From NCBI GenBank assembly GCA_937766455.1, contig CALLXD010000005.1, forward strand, positions 6,364 to 70,363: 64,000 bases of DNA. The letters run 5' to 3'. Under the pieces are notes generated by a model that was not told the origin of the DNA, did not search any database, and saw only the letters and a program-made list of their open reading frames with translations. A program made the position numbers and the translations under genes. Below, in pieces: positions 49,588-58,386 of the stretch. Source of the stretch: Vicinamibacterales bacterium. Its GTDB lineage: Bacteria > Acidobacteriota > Vicinamibacteria > Vicinamibacterales > UBA8438. Numbering within the stretch: the stretch's first letter is position 1; every line of letters begins with the position of its first letter.

Positions 49588-50673
49588 CTATCTCAGTCTG
49601 AACTCCACGGCCACCTCGACCAGCACGGCGACGGGCACTCCGTGGCGCCGCGCCGGTGAGAATTGCCATTGCTGGACCGCGGCGATCGCTCGCTCGTCGA
49701 GTCCCGACCCGAGCCGTTGCAGCACCCGAACGTCGGTGACAGTACCTTCGGCCGTAACGACCATTTCCAGGAGGGCTTCCCCTTCGAGACCCGCGCGGCG
49801 CGCCCGGTCGGTGTAGTCGGGGGCGACTTCTCGCAACAGTCCTGGCGGCTCGATCCCGCTCCCGGGACGGTACGGCCCGCCGCCGGTTCCACCGCCGTCC
49901 CCGGCACCCACTCCGCGCCCCGTACCCTGCCCGACGCCGCCTCCGGCGCCTGATCCGCGGCTCTCGCCGTTCGGTGCGGGCGGTGCGACGACTCGGCCCA
50001 GGAGCCCGGACACATCTCGTGGATTCGCTCCGACTGCCGCCATGGGGCCTCGCAGCTCGGGCAGCGGCTCCCTGACCAGCGGCGGAGGTGGCGTCGGCCG
50101 TGGCTGTTGCGTCCGCGATGGCTGCGCCCGCGGAGGCGTGGACGCGGCCGGTGTGCGTCGTGGCAGTGGGCTACTGGTCGTCCGCGACCCCTTCCGTTCC
50201 GCCGGGGGCGGAGGCGCGACATCGCCCCGTCCGCCGCCGCCACCACCGCCGCCGAGGCCGGGTTCTGCCACGAACACGAGCTGCGCAAGGTCAGAGGGCG
50301 GATCCGGGGGGGCCTCCAGGTCAGCGCCAGGGGCGGATGCGGTCGCCATCACGAGCAGCACCGCGAGAACCGCGCCGTGCGCAGAGCCGGAGACGAGCAG
50401 GGAGACCCCCGTTGTCTGGCCTCTGCGAGCCGACCCAGTCCGGGTCGGCGACAGCAAGCCGATGCCCGCCGCATTCGGGGACGCGGTCAGCCGCCCGTGA
50501 CGCAAGGCGCGGCTCGCCTGGACCGCGTCGCCGAGCGTGACGAGTGCCCCGTCAATGGTGGGAATCGTCGCCTGTCGGATCAGGGCGCGCACCTGAGACG
50601 CCGGCACCCCAGCCGCCCGTGCGAGCTCGTTCGCCGAGTACACGTCTGGCAGGGGTGCGGTGTCTGGGGCCAT
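49588..50673 (-). CDS. TonB-family energy transducer with N-terminal HTH-like segment
   Basis: YSANELARAAGVPASQVRALIR; TM SGSAHGAVLAVL (SxxxH); Pro/Gly linker; PDYTDRARRAGLEG...WQFSPA. Confidence 0.85.
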   Translation of the reverse strand: MAPDTAPLPDVYSANELARAAGVPASQVRALIRQATIPTIDGALVTLGDAVQASRALRHGRLTASPNAAGIGLLSPTRTGSARRGQTTGVSLLVSGSAHGAVLAVLLVMATASAPGADLEAPPDPPSDLAQLVFVAEPGLGGGGGGGGRGDVAPPPPAERKGSRTTSSPLPRRTPAASTPPRAQPSRTQQPRPTPPPPLVREPLPELRGPMAAVGANPRDVSGLLGRVVAPPAPNGESRGSGAGGGVGQGTGRGVGAGDGGGTGGGPYRPGSGIEPPGLLREVAPDYTDRARRAGLEGEALLEMVVTAEGTVTDVRVLQRLGSGLDERAIAAVQQWQFSPARRHGVPVAVLVEVAVEFRLR

Positions 50674-50842
50674 GACAATTGGGGGTCAGCTCAGGCAAAG
50701 CGTGACCCACCCCATTGGGAAGCAAGAGCCTTGCCGTTGTCCGGACCGTCCAGCCGCTGAGATCGGCCGTTTTTTCGCGGCCACTGGCCGCCTGGCAAGA
50801 CATGGTGTGCTCCCAGGAGGTCACCGCCGCCGCCGGACGTGA

Positions 50843-51406
50843 CTAGGCCGCGTCTGGCTTCAACCCCTCGGTGAACGTCAGCCCGGCCTGCTCCGCGAGG
50901 GTGCGTACCGGTTGAAAACCCTCGGCCTGGAGCGCTGCTTCCGCGCCGCCGTGCGTCCGGTAGTGGGGATCGAGTTGGCGGGCCGAGAACAGCGCGCCGA
51001 GTCCGCCGCGCGGTGCGGGTTCGATGACCAGGCACCGCCCGCCGACGCGGAGCACTTGTCGGGCGCCCTGGAGCGTACCGACCCGTTCGTGTGGCCGCAT
51101 GCCGCCGATCAGGTCCGGGATGACCACAATGTCGAACCAGCCCTCCGCGAACGGCGGCTCCCTGAGTGGCGCGACCTTCACGTCAACGAGCACCCCTCTG
51201 GATGTCGCGGCTCGGGTCAGGGCTTCCTGCGCACGTTCGTCTGGTGCCAGCGCTGAGGCCTGCCCGTTCAGACCCACCGCGCTGGCCAGGCGCGCGATGA
51301 GATCGGGGTCGCCCGCGCCGATCTGCAGCACGCGGTTGTCGCGCCGCGGCCCGATCATGGCCATCCGAAGATCCGATTCACCCTTGAGTTTCTTGAAGAT
51401 CGGCAT
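50843..51406 (-). CDS. Class I SAM-methyltransferase-like protein
   Basis: VLQIGAG, FDIVVI, QVLRVGGRCLVIE. Confidence 0.7.
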   Translation of the reverse strand: MPIFKKLKGESDLRMAMIGPRRDNRVLQIGAGDPDLIARLASAVGLNGQASALAPDERAQEALTRAATSRGVLVDVKVAPLREPPFAEGWFDIVVIPDLIGGMRPHERVGTLQGARQVLRVGGRCLVIEPAPRGGLGALFSARQLDPHYRTHGGAEAALQAEGFQPVRTLAEQAGLTFTEGLKPDAA

Positions 51407-51511
51407 GGTGTGTGGCGACCACCGTTGGCTGGCGGATACGTCGAGGTTCGGCTCCAGCGCCCGTTCGGTGCTTTCGAACCCCGATCGGTCGCCATGATAT
51501 AGTGACGCGCC

Positions 51512-52825
51512 GTGAAACACCCAGTTGAAATTGCCCCCGCTACAGGGAAGCTCGGCGTCATGCTGGTTGGCATGGGCGCCGTCAGTACCACATTTATTGC
51601 CGGCACGTTGCTCATCAAGAAGGGGCTCGCGCCGCCGATTGGTTCGCTCGCCGAGATGGGCACCGTCCGCCTAGGCAAACGCACCGAGGGCCGGTCGCCC
51701 CTGATCAAGGACTTCGTGCCGCTGGCCGGGCTCGACGATCTGGTGTTCGGTGCCTGGGATATCTTCGAGGACAACGGCTTTGAGGCGGCCACGACCGCCG
51801 GCGTGATCGAGCCTGCGCTGCTGGAGCAGATTCGCCCGGAACTCGAGGCGATCAAGCCGTGGCCGGCGGTTTTTGACCAACGCTACGTCAAGCGCCTCAT
51901 GGGCACCAATATCAAGACGGGTGCCAATAAGCTCGAGCTTGCCGAGCAGATCCGCGACGATATGCGCCGGTTCAAAGAGACGAACCAGCTCGATCGCCTT
52001 GTGATGATCTGGTGCGGCAGCACCGAGATCTTCCTGACGCCGAGTGACGCGCACCAGTCTATCGAGGCGTTTGAGGCGGCGATGAAGGCGAACGCCCACG
52101 AGATCTCGTCCAGTATGGTGTACGCCTACGCCGCGCTGAAGGAGGGCATCCCGTATGCGAACGCGGCGCCCAACCTGAGCGCCGATTTCCCGGCGCTGGA
52201 CCAGTTGGCGATAGACAACGGCTCGCCGGTGTGCGGCAAAGACCTGAAGACCGGTCAGACGTTGATCAAGACGATCATCGCGCCAGGCCTCAAGGCGCGT
52301 CTCATCGGCGTATCGGGGTGGTACTCGACCAATATTTTGGGGAATCGCGACGGCGAGGTGCTGGACGACCCCGAGTCCTTCAAGACCAAGGAAGAGAGCA
52401 AGAAGTCGGTGCTGGATTACATCCTCCAGCCGGATCTCTACCCCACGCTGTACAAGGACTTGTGTCACGTCGTCCGCATCAATTACTACCCGCCGCGGGG
52501 CGACAACAAAGAAGGCTGGGACAACATCGATCTCGTCGGCTGGCTCGGATATCCGATGCAGCTGAAGATCAACTTCCTGTGTCGCGACAGTATCCTCGCC
52601 GCGCCGATCGTGTTGGATCTCGTGCTGTTCTTGGATTTGGCAAAACGGGCCGGCATGAGCGGCATACAGGAGTGGCTGTCGTTCTACTTCAAAAGCCCCG
52701 TCCACGCGCCGGACGTCTACCCCGAGCACGATCTCTTCATTCAGCTCATGAAGCTGAAGAACACGCTCCGGTTCATGCGTGGTGAGGAGTTGATTACCCA
52801 CCTCGGCCTCGAATACTACGACTGA
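51512..52825 (+). CDS. ino1: Myo-inositol-1-phosphate synthase
   Basis: GMGAVST, WCGSTE, GKDLKTGQT, NILGNRDG, GDNKEGWD, CRDSILAAP, SFYFKSP. Confidence 0.94.
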   Translation: MKHPVEIAPATGKLGVMLVGMGAVSTTFIAGTLLIKKGLAPPIGSLAEMGTVRLGKRTEGRSPLIKDFVPLAGLDDLVFGAWDIFEDNGFEAATTAGVIEPALLEQIRPELEAIKPWPAVFDQRYVKRLMGTNIKTGANKLELAEQIRDDMRRFKETNQLDRLVMIWCGSTEIFLTPSDAHQSIEAFEAAMKANAHEISSSMVYAYAALKEGIPYANAAPNLSADFPALDQLAIDNGSPVCGKDLKTGQTLIKTIIAPGLKARLIGVSGWYSTNILGNRDGEVLDDPESFKTKEESKKSVLDYILQPDLYPTLYKDLCHVVRINYYPPRGDNKEGWDNIDLVGWLGYPMQLKINFLCRDSILAAPIVLDLVLFLDLAKRAGMSGIQEWLSFYFKSPVHAPDVYPEHDLFIQLMKLKNTLRFMRGEELITHLGLEYYD

Positions 52826-52841
52826 TCCCCCTCCAACCGCC

Positions 52842-53351
52842 ATGTCTCCGACGCTGCTCCAGCCTGTGCTGTTTGGCGGCCTGTTCATGGGGGTGCTCTC
52901 CGCGCTGCCGATTATTTCGCTGGGTAATTGCTGCTGTCTCTGGGTCATGGGCGGCGGCATGGTGACCTCCTATCTCACGCAACACGGCAGAACCGAGCCG
53001 ATGCAGCTCGGCGAGGGCGCGCTCGGCGGGTTCCTCGCCGGTGTGTTGGGGGCGGTCGTTTACGCAGTCGTGTCCATACCGGTGCAACTGGTGACGGCGC
53101 CAATTCAGCGAGGCCTGCTGGAGGGATGGCTGAACTCGGCCGCGGACGTGCCGCCCGAGGCGCGCGAGATGCTTGAGCGTTTTGGAGACAGTAGTGGCGT
53201 CGTCGGCGTATTGGTCGGTTTTCTTTTCATGCTGATGGTCGGCATGATCTTCACGACGGTGGGTGGTCTGCTCGGTGCGTTGGTGTTCCGCCCGACCCAG
53301 CCCGCCGCGCCTCCGGTCCCGCCGCTCCCGCCGCCCCAACCCCAGACATAA
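52842..53351 (+). CDS. Hypothetical multi-pass membrane protein
   Basis: Four TM helices, GNCCCLW motif, Pro-rich tail. Confidence 0.75.
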   Translation: MSPTLLQPVLFGGLFMGVLSALPIISLGNCCCLWVMGGGMVTSYLTQHGRTEPMQLGEGALGGFLAGVLGAVVYAVVSIPVQLVTAPIQRGLLEGWLNSAADVPPEAREMLERFGDSSGVVGVLVGFLFMLMVGMIFTTVGGLLGALVFRPTQPAAPPVPPLPPPQPQT

Positions 53352-53490
53352 CACCGGCGCGCCTCTGCGGATCCACTCTCGATGTGAACCTATTGTCGCT
53401 GGCCGTCGTCTGAACTGGGGGGGCTCACGTGGGTGGCCCGTCAGTCGTTGTAACGCATTTCTGCGCGATTACCCGGACGGAACACACGAC

Positions 53491-54204
53491 ATGGCACTCA
53501 TCGAAACTCGCGACCTGTGGAAGACATACACCATGGGGGGCGAGCAAATTCACGCGCTGCACGGTGTGTCCATGGAGATCGAGCGGGGCGAGTATGTGGC
53601 GATCATGGGGCCGTCCGGATCTGGCAAGTCGACCTTCATGAATCTTGTCGGATGTCTCGATACCCCCAGCAAGGGCAGCTACTTGCTGAATGGTCACGAA
53701 GTGCGGGAGATGGACGATGACGAGTTAGCGCGGATCCGCAACGAAGAGATCGGCTTCGTCTTCCAGACATTCAACCTGCTGCCACGGGCGACTGCGCTCC
53801 ACAATGTGGAGTTGCCGCTCGTGTACGCGGGGGTCCCCGGCCCTTCGCGGCGGGCCCGCGCCCTTGAGGCATTGGCACACGTCGAGCTCGGTGATCGGGT
53901 GTCGCATCGGCCGAATCAGTTGTCTGGAGGGCAGCGGCAGCGGGTCGCAGTGGCTCGGGCGCTGGTCAACAACCCATCCATTCTGCTGGCCGACGAGCCG
54001 ACGGGCAACCTTGATTCGAAGACCAGCCTGGAGATCCTGGCCCTGTTCGAGCGGCTCCACGGCATGGGCAACACCATCATCCTGATCACCCACGAGCCGG
54101 AGGTGTCGGAATATGCGCACCGGGTGATCCATCTGCGGGACGGCGAGATCGCAGAGGACGTTCGTCAGTCGCACCGCTCGCCGGCCATGGGCGTCCCGTC
54201 CTGA
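53491..54204 (+). CDS. ABC ATP-binding protein (LolD/MacB-like)
   Basis: [37 protein letters not shown]. Confidence 0.93.
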   Translation: MALIETRDLWKTYTMGGEQIHALHGVSMEIERGEYVAIMGPSGSGKSTFMNLVGCLDTPSKGSYLLNGHEVREMDDDELARIRNEEIGFVFQTFNLLPRATALHNVELPLVYAGVPGPSRRARALEALAHVELGDRVSHRPNQLSGGQRQRVAVARALVNNPSILLADEPTGNLDSKTSLEILALFERLHGMGNTIILITHEPEVSEYAHRVIHLRDGEIAEDVRQSHRSPAMGVPS

Positions 54205-54274
54205 CCGCGGACACACCCCGCTTTTGTTCGTTGCGCAAGGCATCCGGCCCGTGACGCCTCGCTGATCGGTGCCG

Positions 54275-55189
54275 CTACACCCGTGCCCAGTGTGCCGGGA
54301 CCACTTCGCGCAGCGGTAGCACCCCACTGTCGTCGGCGTCCTGGCCACCCTGCTCATGGTCCTGGCCCTGCTCCGCGCTTCTCTGAGCCCGGTCACCACC
54401 GACCGCTAACAGCTCTTGCGTGTACGGGTGACGTGGCGCGGAGAACAGCGCGTCCGTCGGAGCCAATTCGACGATTCGGCCGAGACGCATAACCGCCGCG
54501 CGGGTCGTCAGGTGCCGGACCAGGCGGAGATCGTGCGTGATAAAAAGCAGCGCCAGGTTCAGGTCCTTCCTGAGGCGTAGGAGGAGGTTGACGATCTGGG
54601 CTGCCACCGACGTGTCGAGGGCGGACACCGGTTCGTCCAGTACGAGGAGCTGAGGGCTGAGCGCGAGGGCTCGGGCCAGGGCAATTCGCTGTCTCTGACC
54701 CCCGCTCAACTCGTTAGGTCTTCTCCTCCCGTACGCCGGGTCCAATCCCACGAGGTCAAGAAGCTCCGCGACACGCGCGTCCCGGGTCGTGGCGGTCCCC
54801 ACCCCATGCACCACCAGCGGTTCGGCGACGCTCTGGCCAACGGTGCGGCGTGGATTGAGCGACGAGTACGGGTCCTGAAACACCGGTTGCATAGCGCGGC
54901 GCACGGCTCGTAACCGAGCGCGCGACATCGCGTAGATCGATTCCCCCGCGAAGGACACGTCACCGGACGTGGGACGTGTGAGTCCCAAGATGCATCGGGC
55001 GGCGGTGGTCTTGCCGCTCCCGGATTCTCCGACGAGCCCAACGCTCTCTCCCTGGGCGATGTCGAAGCTGACGTCGTCGACTGCGCGAGTCACCACCGGT
55101 GCGCGCCAAAATCGTCGACGGACGAACTGTTTTCCCAGCCGCCGGACGTCGAGGAGGGGGCGCGGCGCCACGTCGCTGTCCCTAGGCAT
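54275..55189 (-). CDS. Oligopeptide/dipeptide ABC ATPase (OppF/DppF-like)
   Basis: [33 protein letters not shown]. Confidence 0.9.
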   Translation of the reverse strand: MPRDSDVAPRPLLDVRRLGKQFVRRRFWRAPVVTRAVDDVSFDIAQGESVGLVGESGSGKTTAARCILGLTRPTSGDVSFAGESIYAMSRARLRAVRRAMQPVFQDPYSSLNPRRTVGQSVAEPLVVHGVGTATTRDARVAELLDLVGLDPAYGRRRPNELSGGQRQRIALARALALSPQLLVLDEPVSALDTSVAAQIVNLLLRLRKDLNLALLFITHDLRLVRHLTTRAAVMRLGRIVELAPTDALFSAPRHPYTQELLAVGGDRAQRSAEQGQDHEQGGQDADDSGVLPLREVVPAHWARV

Positions 55190-56186
55190 CGGGTGTGTCC
55201 GTGGCGGATGCCCTCCCGGCGGGGTCATACAGATGGCAGAGGGTTGACACGTCGACCGCTGGTGCCCACCGCGCTGGCGCCAGGCGCTCACACGGGTCAA
55301 ACCGTTGGGGGCATCGTGGCGCGAACGCACAGCCGGGCGCGAGTAAGCCCGGTGCGGGTGGCATCCCGTCGATCGTCGGCAACGCCGTGCCAGGCTCGGC
55401 GCCCGGAACCGAGGCCAGCAAGCCTAGGGTGTAGGGGTGTGTCGGGGTGTCGAGTACCTGCCTGGCTGGACCCTGCTCGACGATCTCGCCGGCATACATC
55501 ACGGCCACCCGATCGGCGCAGCTGGCGACGACGTCCAGGTCGTGACTGATGAGGAGAACGGCGAGGCCCCGTTGCACGACCAGCTCGCGGAGCAGATCCA
55601 CGATTCGCGCCTGGGTCGGCGCATCGAGGCCGGTCGTTGGCTCATCAGCGATGAGGAGCGCCGGATCGCCGGCGAGGCCCAACGCGAGCATCACCCGTTG
55701 TCGCAGGCCGCCTGACAGCTGGTGCGGGTAGTCACGGGCGCGCTGGGCCGGGTGTGGAATGTGCACCGTGTCCAGCAAGTCGAGCATGCGCCTGTGGACA
55801 TCGCGCGGCGTCGCCACCGCGTGCGCCAGCAGCGTTTCGATGATCTGATCGCCAACCGTGAAGACGGGATTGAGCGCCGTGGCGGGATCCTGCGGCACCA
55901 GTGCGATCTCCCCGCCACGAATCTGCTCCAACGCTGCGTTCTCCAGTCCGGCCAGGTCGCGCGCCCGCCACTGGACCGAACCACCCGTGATCCGGCCTGA
56001 TGTTGGCAGGAGCCGCAGGAGCGACAAGGCGGTGACCGACTTGCCACTGCCTGACTCGCCGACCAGGGCCACGGTTTCGCCCGCTCGCACCTGGAAGCTG
56101 ACCCCCCGCACAACCGGAACGCTCCGCCCGCCGACCGTGAATGCCGTCGTCAGTCCTTCGACGCGGAGCAAATCGGGCGTAGACAC
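55182..56186 (-). CDS. Oligopeptide/dipeptide ABC ATPase (OppD/DppD-like)
   Basis: GESGSGKS, YPHQLSGG, ADEPTT, HPYT, C-terminal CAFAPRC..C..C. Confidence 0.9.
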   Translation of the reverse strand: MSTPDLLRVEGLTTAFTVGGRSVPVVRGVSFQVRAGETVALVGESGSGKSVTALSLLRLLPTSGRITGGSVQWRARDLAGLENAALEQIRGGEIALVPQDPATALNPVFTVGDQIIETLLAHAVATPRDVHRRMLDLLDTVHIPHPAQRARDYPHQLSGGLRQRVMLALGLAGDPALLIADEPTTGLDAPTQARIVDLLRELVVQRGLAVLLISHDLDVVASCADRVAVMYAGEIVEQGPARQVLDTPTHPYTLGLLASVPGAEPGTALPTIDGMPPAPGLLAPGCAFAPRCPQRFDPCERLAPARWAPAVDVSTLCHLYDPAGRASATDTPDA

Positions 56187-57736
56187 TAGAACCCGTCTTC
56201 GCTGTGCTCGCCGAAGACCGCCCGCAGTGTGTCGGCGATTTCGCCTACCGTCGCTCGCGCTTCGACCGCGGCAAGAATCGGTGGCATCAGATTTGTGCCG
56301 TCTCGGGCTGCCCTGCTGACCGCCTCCAGCGTCTCGCGCGACCGGACGCCGTCGCGTGATGCGCGGAGCGCCGCGACGCGTGCACGCTGGTCCTGCTCCA
56401 CCGCCGGGTCAATGCGTAGGACGTCGATGCCGGGAGGCGTCTCGTCGGCGAAGCGATTCACACCGACGACCACCCGTTCACCGCGGTCGATCTCCTGTTG
56501 ATGTCGGTACGCTGATTCTTGAATGTCACGCTGAATCAGGCCGCGCTCGATGGCTCTGAGCGTGCCGCCATCCGCCTCGATTCGCTGCAGCAGGGCCGTC
56601 GCACCTTGCTCGATCCCATCGGTCAGCGACTCGATCGCGTAGGAACCGGCCAGCGGGTCAACGGTGTTGATGACACCGGTTTCCGACGCGATCACCTGCT
56701 GCGTGCGCAGCGCAATCTGCGCTGACGCCTCGGTGGGGAGCCCCAGCGCTTCGTCGCGTCCATTGCAGTGGAGCGACTGTGTCCCGCCGAGGACCGCCGC
56801 CATCGCCTGCAGTGCCACGCGCACGATGTTGGTATCCGGCTGCTGCGCAGTGAGCGTGCTCCCGGCCGTCTGCGTATGAAAGCGGAGTTGCTGCGCGCGT
56901 GGTTCGGTGGCTCCAAACCGGTCTCGCATCAGGTGCGCCCATAGCCGCCGCGCGGCGCGGAACTTCGCCACTTCTTCCAGGAAGTCATTGTCGGCCGAGA
57001 AGAAGAACGACAGGCGACGCCCGACATGATTGACGTCGAGCCCGGCGTCAATGGCCGCCTCGACATACGCGATGGCGTTGGCAAACGTGAAAGCCACTTC
57101 CTGCACGGCCGTCGCGCCTGCCTCGCGAATGTGATAGCCGCTGATGGAGATCGGATGCCATCCCGGCAGTTCAGCCCCGCAATACGCCACGACGTCTGTC
57201 ACGATCCGCAGGGATGGTTGCGGCGGGAAGATATACGTGCCCCGCGCCACGTACTCCTTCAAGATGTCATTCTGCACGGTACCCGCGATGGTGCGCGGCT
57301 CGACACCTTGTCGGCGCGCCGTCGCGATGTACAACGCGAGGAGGATGATGGCGGTCGCGTTGATCGTCATCGATGTCGACACGCGGTCGAGCGGAATCTC
57401 GTCGAACAACTGCGCCATGTCCTCGATGGAATCGATGGCGACACCGACTCGACCAACCTCGCCGGCGGCGAGGGCGTGGTCCGAGTCGTGGCCGATCTGC
57501 GTGGGGAGGTCGAACGCCACGCTCAGTCCACTGACCCCTTGATCCAGCAGATATCGATACCGCCGGTTCGATTCCGCGGCCGTCCCAAAGCCCGCGTACT
57601 GGCGCATTGACCAGAGCCGGCCCCGATACATGGTGGGGTAGATGCCTCGGGTGAAGGGAAACTCTCCGGGAGCGCCAAGCGCCTCCGCCGGTTTCCAGTC
57701 GAGCAGCTGTTCAGGGGTCGCGGTCTTGGAGGCCAT
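56186..57736 (-). CDS. Methylmalonyl-CoA mutase family, substrate-binding (large) subunit without B12-binding domain
   Basis: [20 protein letters not shown] (Tyr specificity residue), [24 protein letters not shown]; no DxHxxG. Confidence 0.93.
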   Translation of the reverse strand: MASKTATPEQLLDWKPAEALGAPGEFPFTRGIYPTMYRGRLWSMRQYAGFGTAAESNRRYRYLLDQGVSGLSVAFDLPTQIGHDSDHALAAGEVGRVGVAIDSIEDMAQLFDEIPLDRVSTSMTINATAIILLALYIATARRQGVEPRTIAGTVQNDILKEYVARGTYIFPPQPSLRIVTDVVAYCGAELPGWHPISISGYHIREAGATAVQEVAFTFANAIAYVEAAIDAGLDVNHVGRRLSFFFSADNDFLEEVAKFRAARRLWAHLMRDRFGATEPRAQQLRFHTQTAGSTLTAQQPDTNIVRVALQAMAAVLGGTQSLHCNGRDEALGLPTEASAQIALRTQQVIASETGVINTVDPLAGSYAIESLTDGIEQGATALLQRIEADGGTLRAIERGLIQRDIQESAYRHQQEIDRGERVVVGVNRFADETPPGIDVLRIDPAVEQDQRARVAALRASRDGVRSRETLEAVSRAARDGTNLMPPILAAVEARATVGEIADTLRAVFGEHSEDGF

Positions 57737-57816
57737 GGCAGAGCTATTTTAGTGGATCAGCGACCGCATGTTCCCAGCTCCTACCTCGGGCCATGGGTCC
57801 AGCGATCGTCATCTCC

Positions 57817-57845
57817 TTGACACAACAATATGTAGCGCTTAGTAT
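57817..57845 (+). promoter_or_regulatory. Sigma70 promoter for the 58023 gene
   Basis: TTGACA (57817-57822), 17-bp spacer, TAGTAT (57840-57845). Confidence 0.8.
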
Positions 57846-57870
57846 TGCTCACGGCCACCATATTTAGTTG
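57823..57870. promoter_or_regulatory. Tandem NrdR-box-like operators
   Basis: caaCAATATGTAGcgc (57823-57838) and ccaCCATATTTAGttg (57855-57870) vs consensus acaCwAtATaTwGtgt; 32-bp spacing. Confidence 0.75.
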
Positions 57871-58022
57871 TATCTTCCATCAGCACTCCCTATCGACATG
57901 GCTCTGGTCCGGTCTCCAGAATCACCGCGCCCGGCGCGGCCCCGCTCGGCCTGGGGAAATCTGCAGTTCCACTCAGGTGACCGCGCTAGCTGGTTCGTTG
58001 GCGCCGGTGAGGAGGTCCCAGG

Positions 58023-58328
58023 ATGGACGATGTCGTAAGCCGATTGTCGCGTGAGCTCGCGCACGCCATGGCAGCCGCTGTCGCGGCTGACCCGCGGGTG
58101 GGAGCGTGTCATGAAAAGGCGAAGGCGTCGGGCTACGAGATGAGGGTGTCGCTCGAGGCCGTCATCGGGTTCGCGCACCGGACCAGCGAGCCGGAATTGG
58201 CCAAGGTCGGCGTCGCCGTGGAGCACGCCGCATCGGCCCCCAAGGAGATCGGCATGAACTCGAACGACCGGCGATTTCTGCGGTCGCTTCGCATCGCCGC
58301 CGACGAGGCCGGGCAGCCGGCCGACTAA
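58023..58328 (+). CDS. Small hypothetical protein (101 aa)
   Basis: Strong RBS GAGGAGG; MDDVVSRLSRELAHAMAAAV...VSLEAVIGF...NDRRFLRSLRIAAD. Confidence 0.8.
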   Translation: MDDVVSRLSRELAHAMAAAVAADPRVGACHEKAKASGYEMRVSLEAVIGFAHRTSEPELAKVGVAVEHAASAPKEIGMNSNDRRFLRSLRIAADEAGQPAD

Positions 58329-58386
58329 GGGCACTGGCCAGAATAAAGTCACCATCTGGCAACCCTATTCTGGCCAGTGCCCTAAG
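58325..58386. mobile_element. 52-bp inverted-repeat element (mini-MITE/IS remnant or bidirectional terminator) flanked by CTAAG direct repeats
   Basis: CTAAG-GGCACTGGCCAGAATA-N20-TATTCTGGCCAGTGCC-CTAAG. Confidence 0.55.

Noticed and set aside
57737-58022. Cobalamin riboswitch beside the B12-dependent mutase
   Set aside because: No recognisable B12-box or conserved core on either strand; region is better explained by promoter plus NrdR-like boxes
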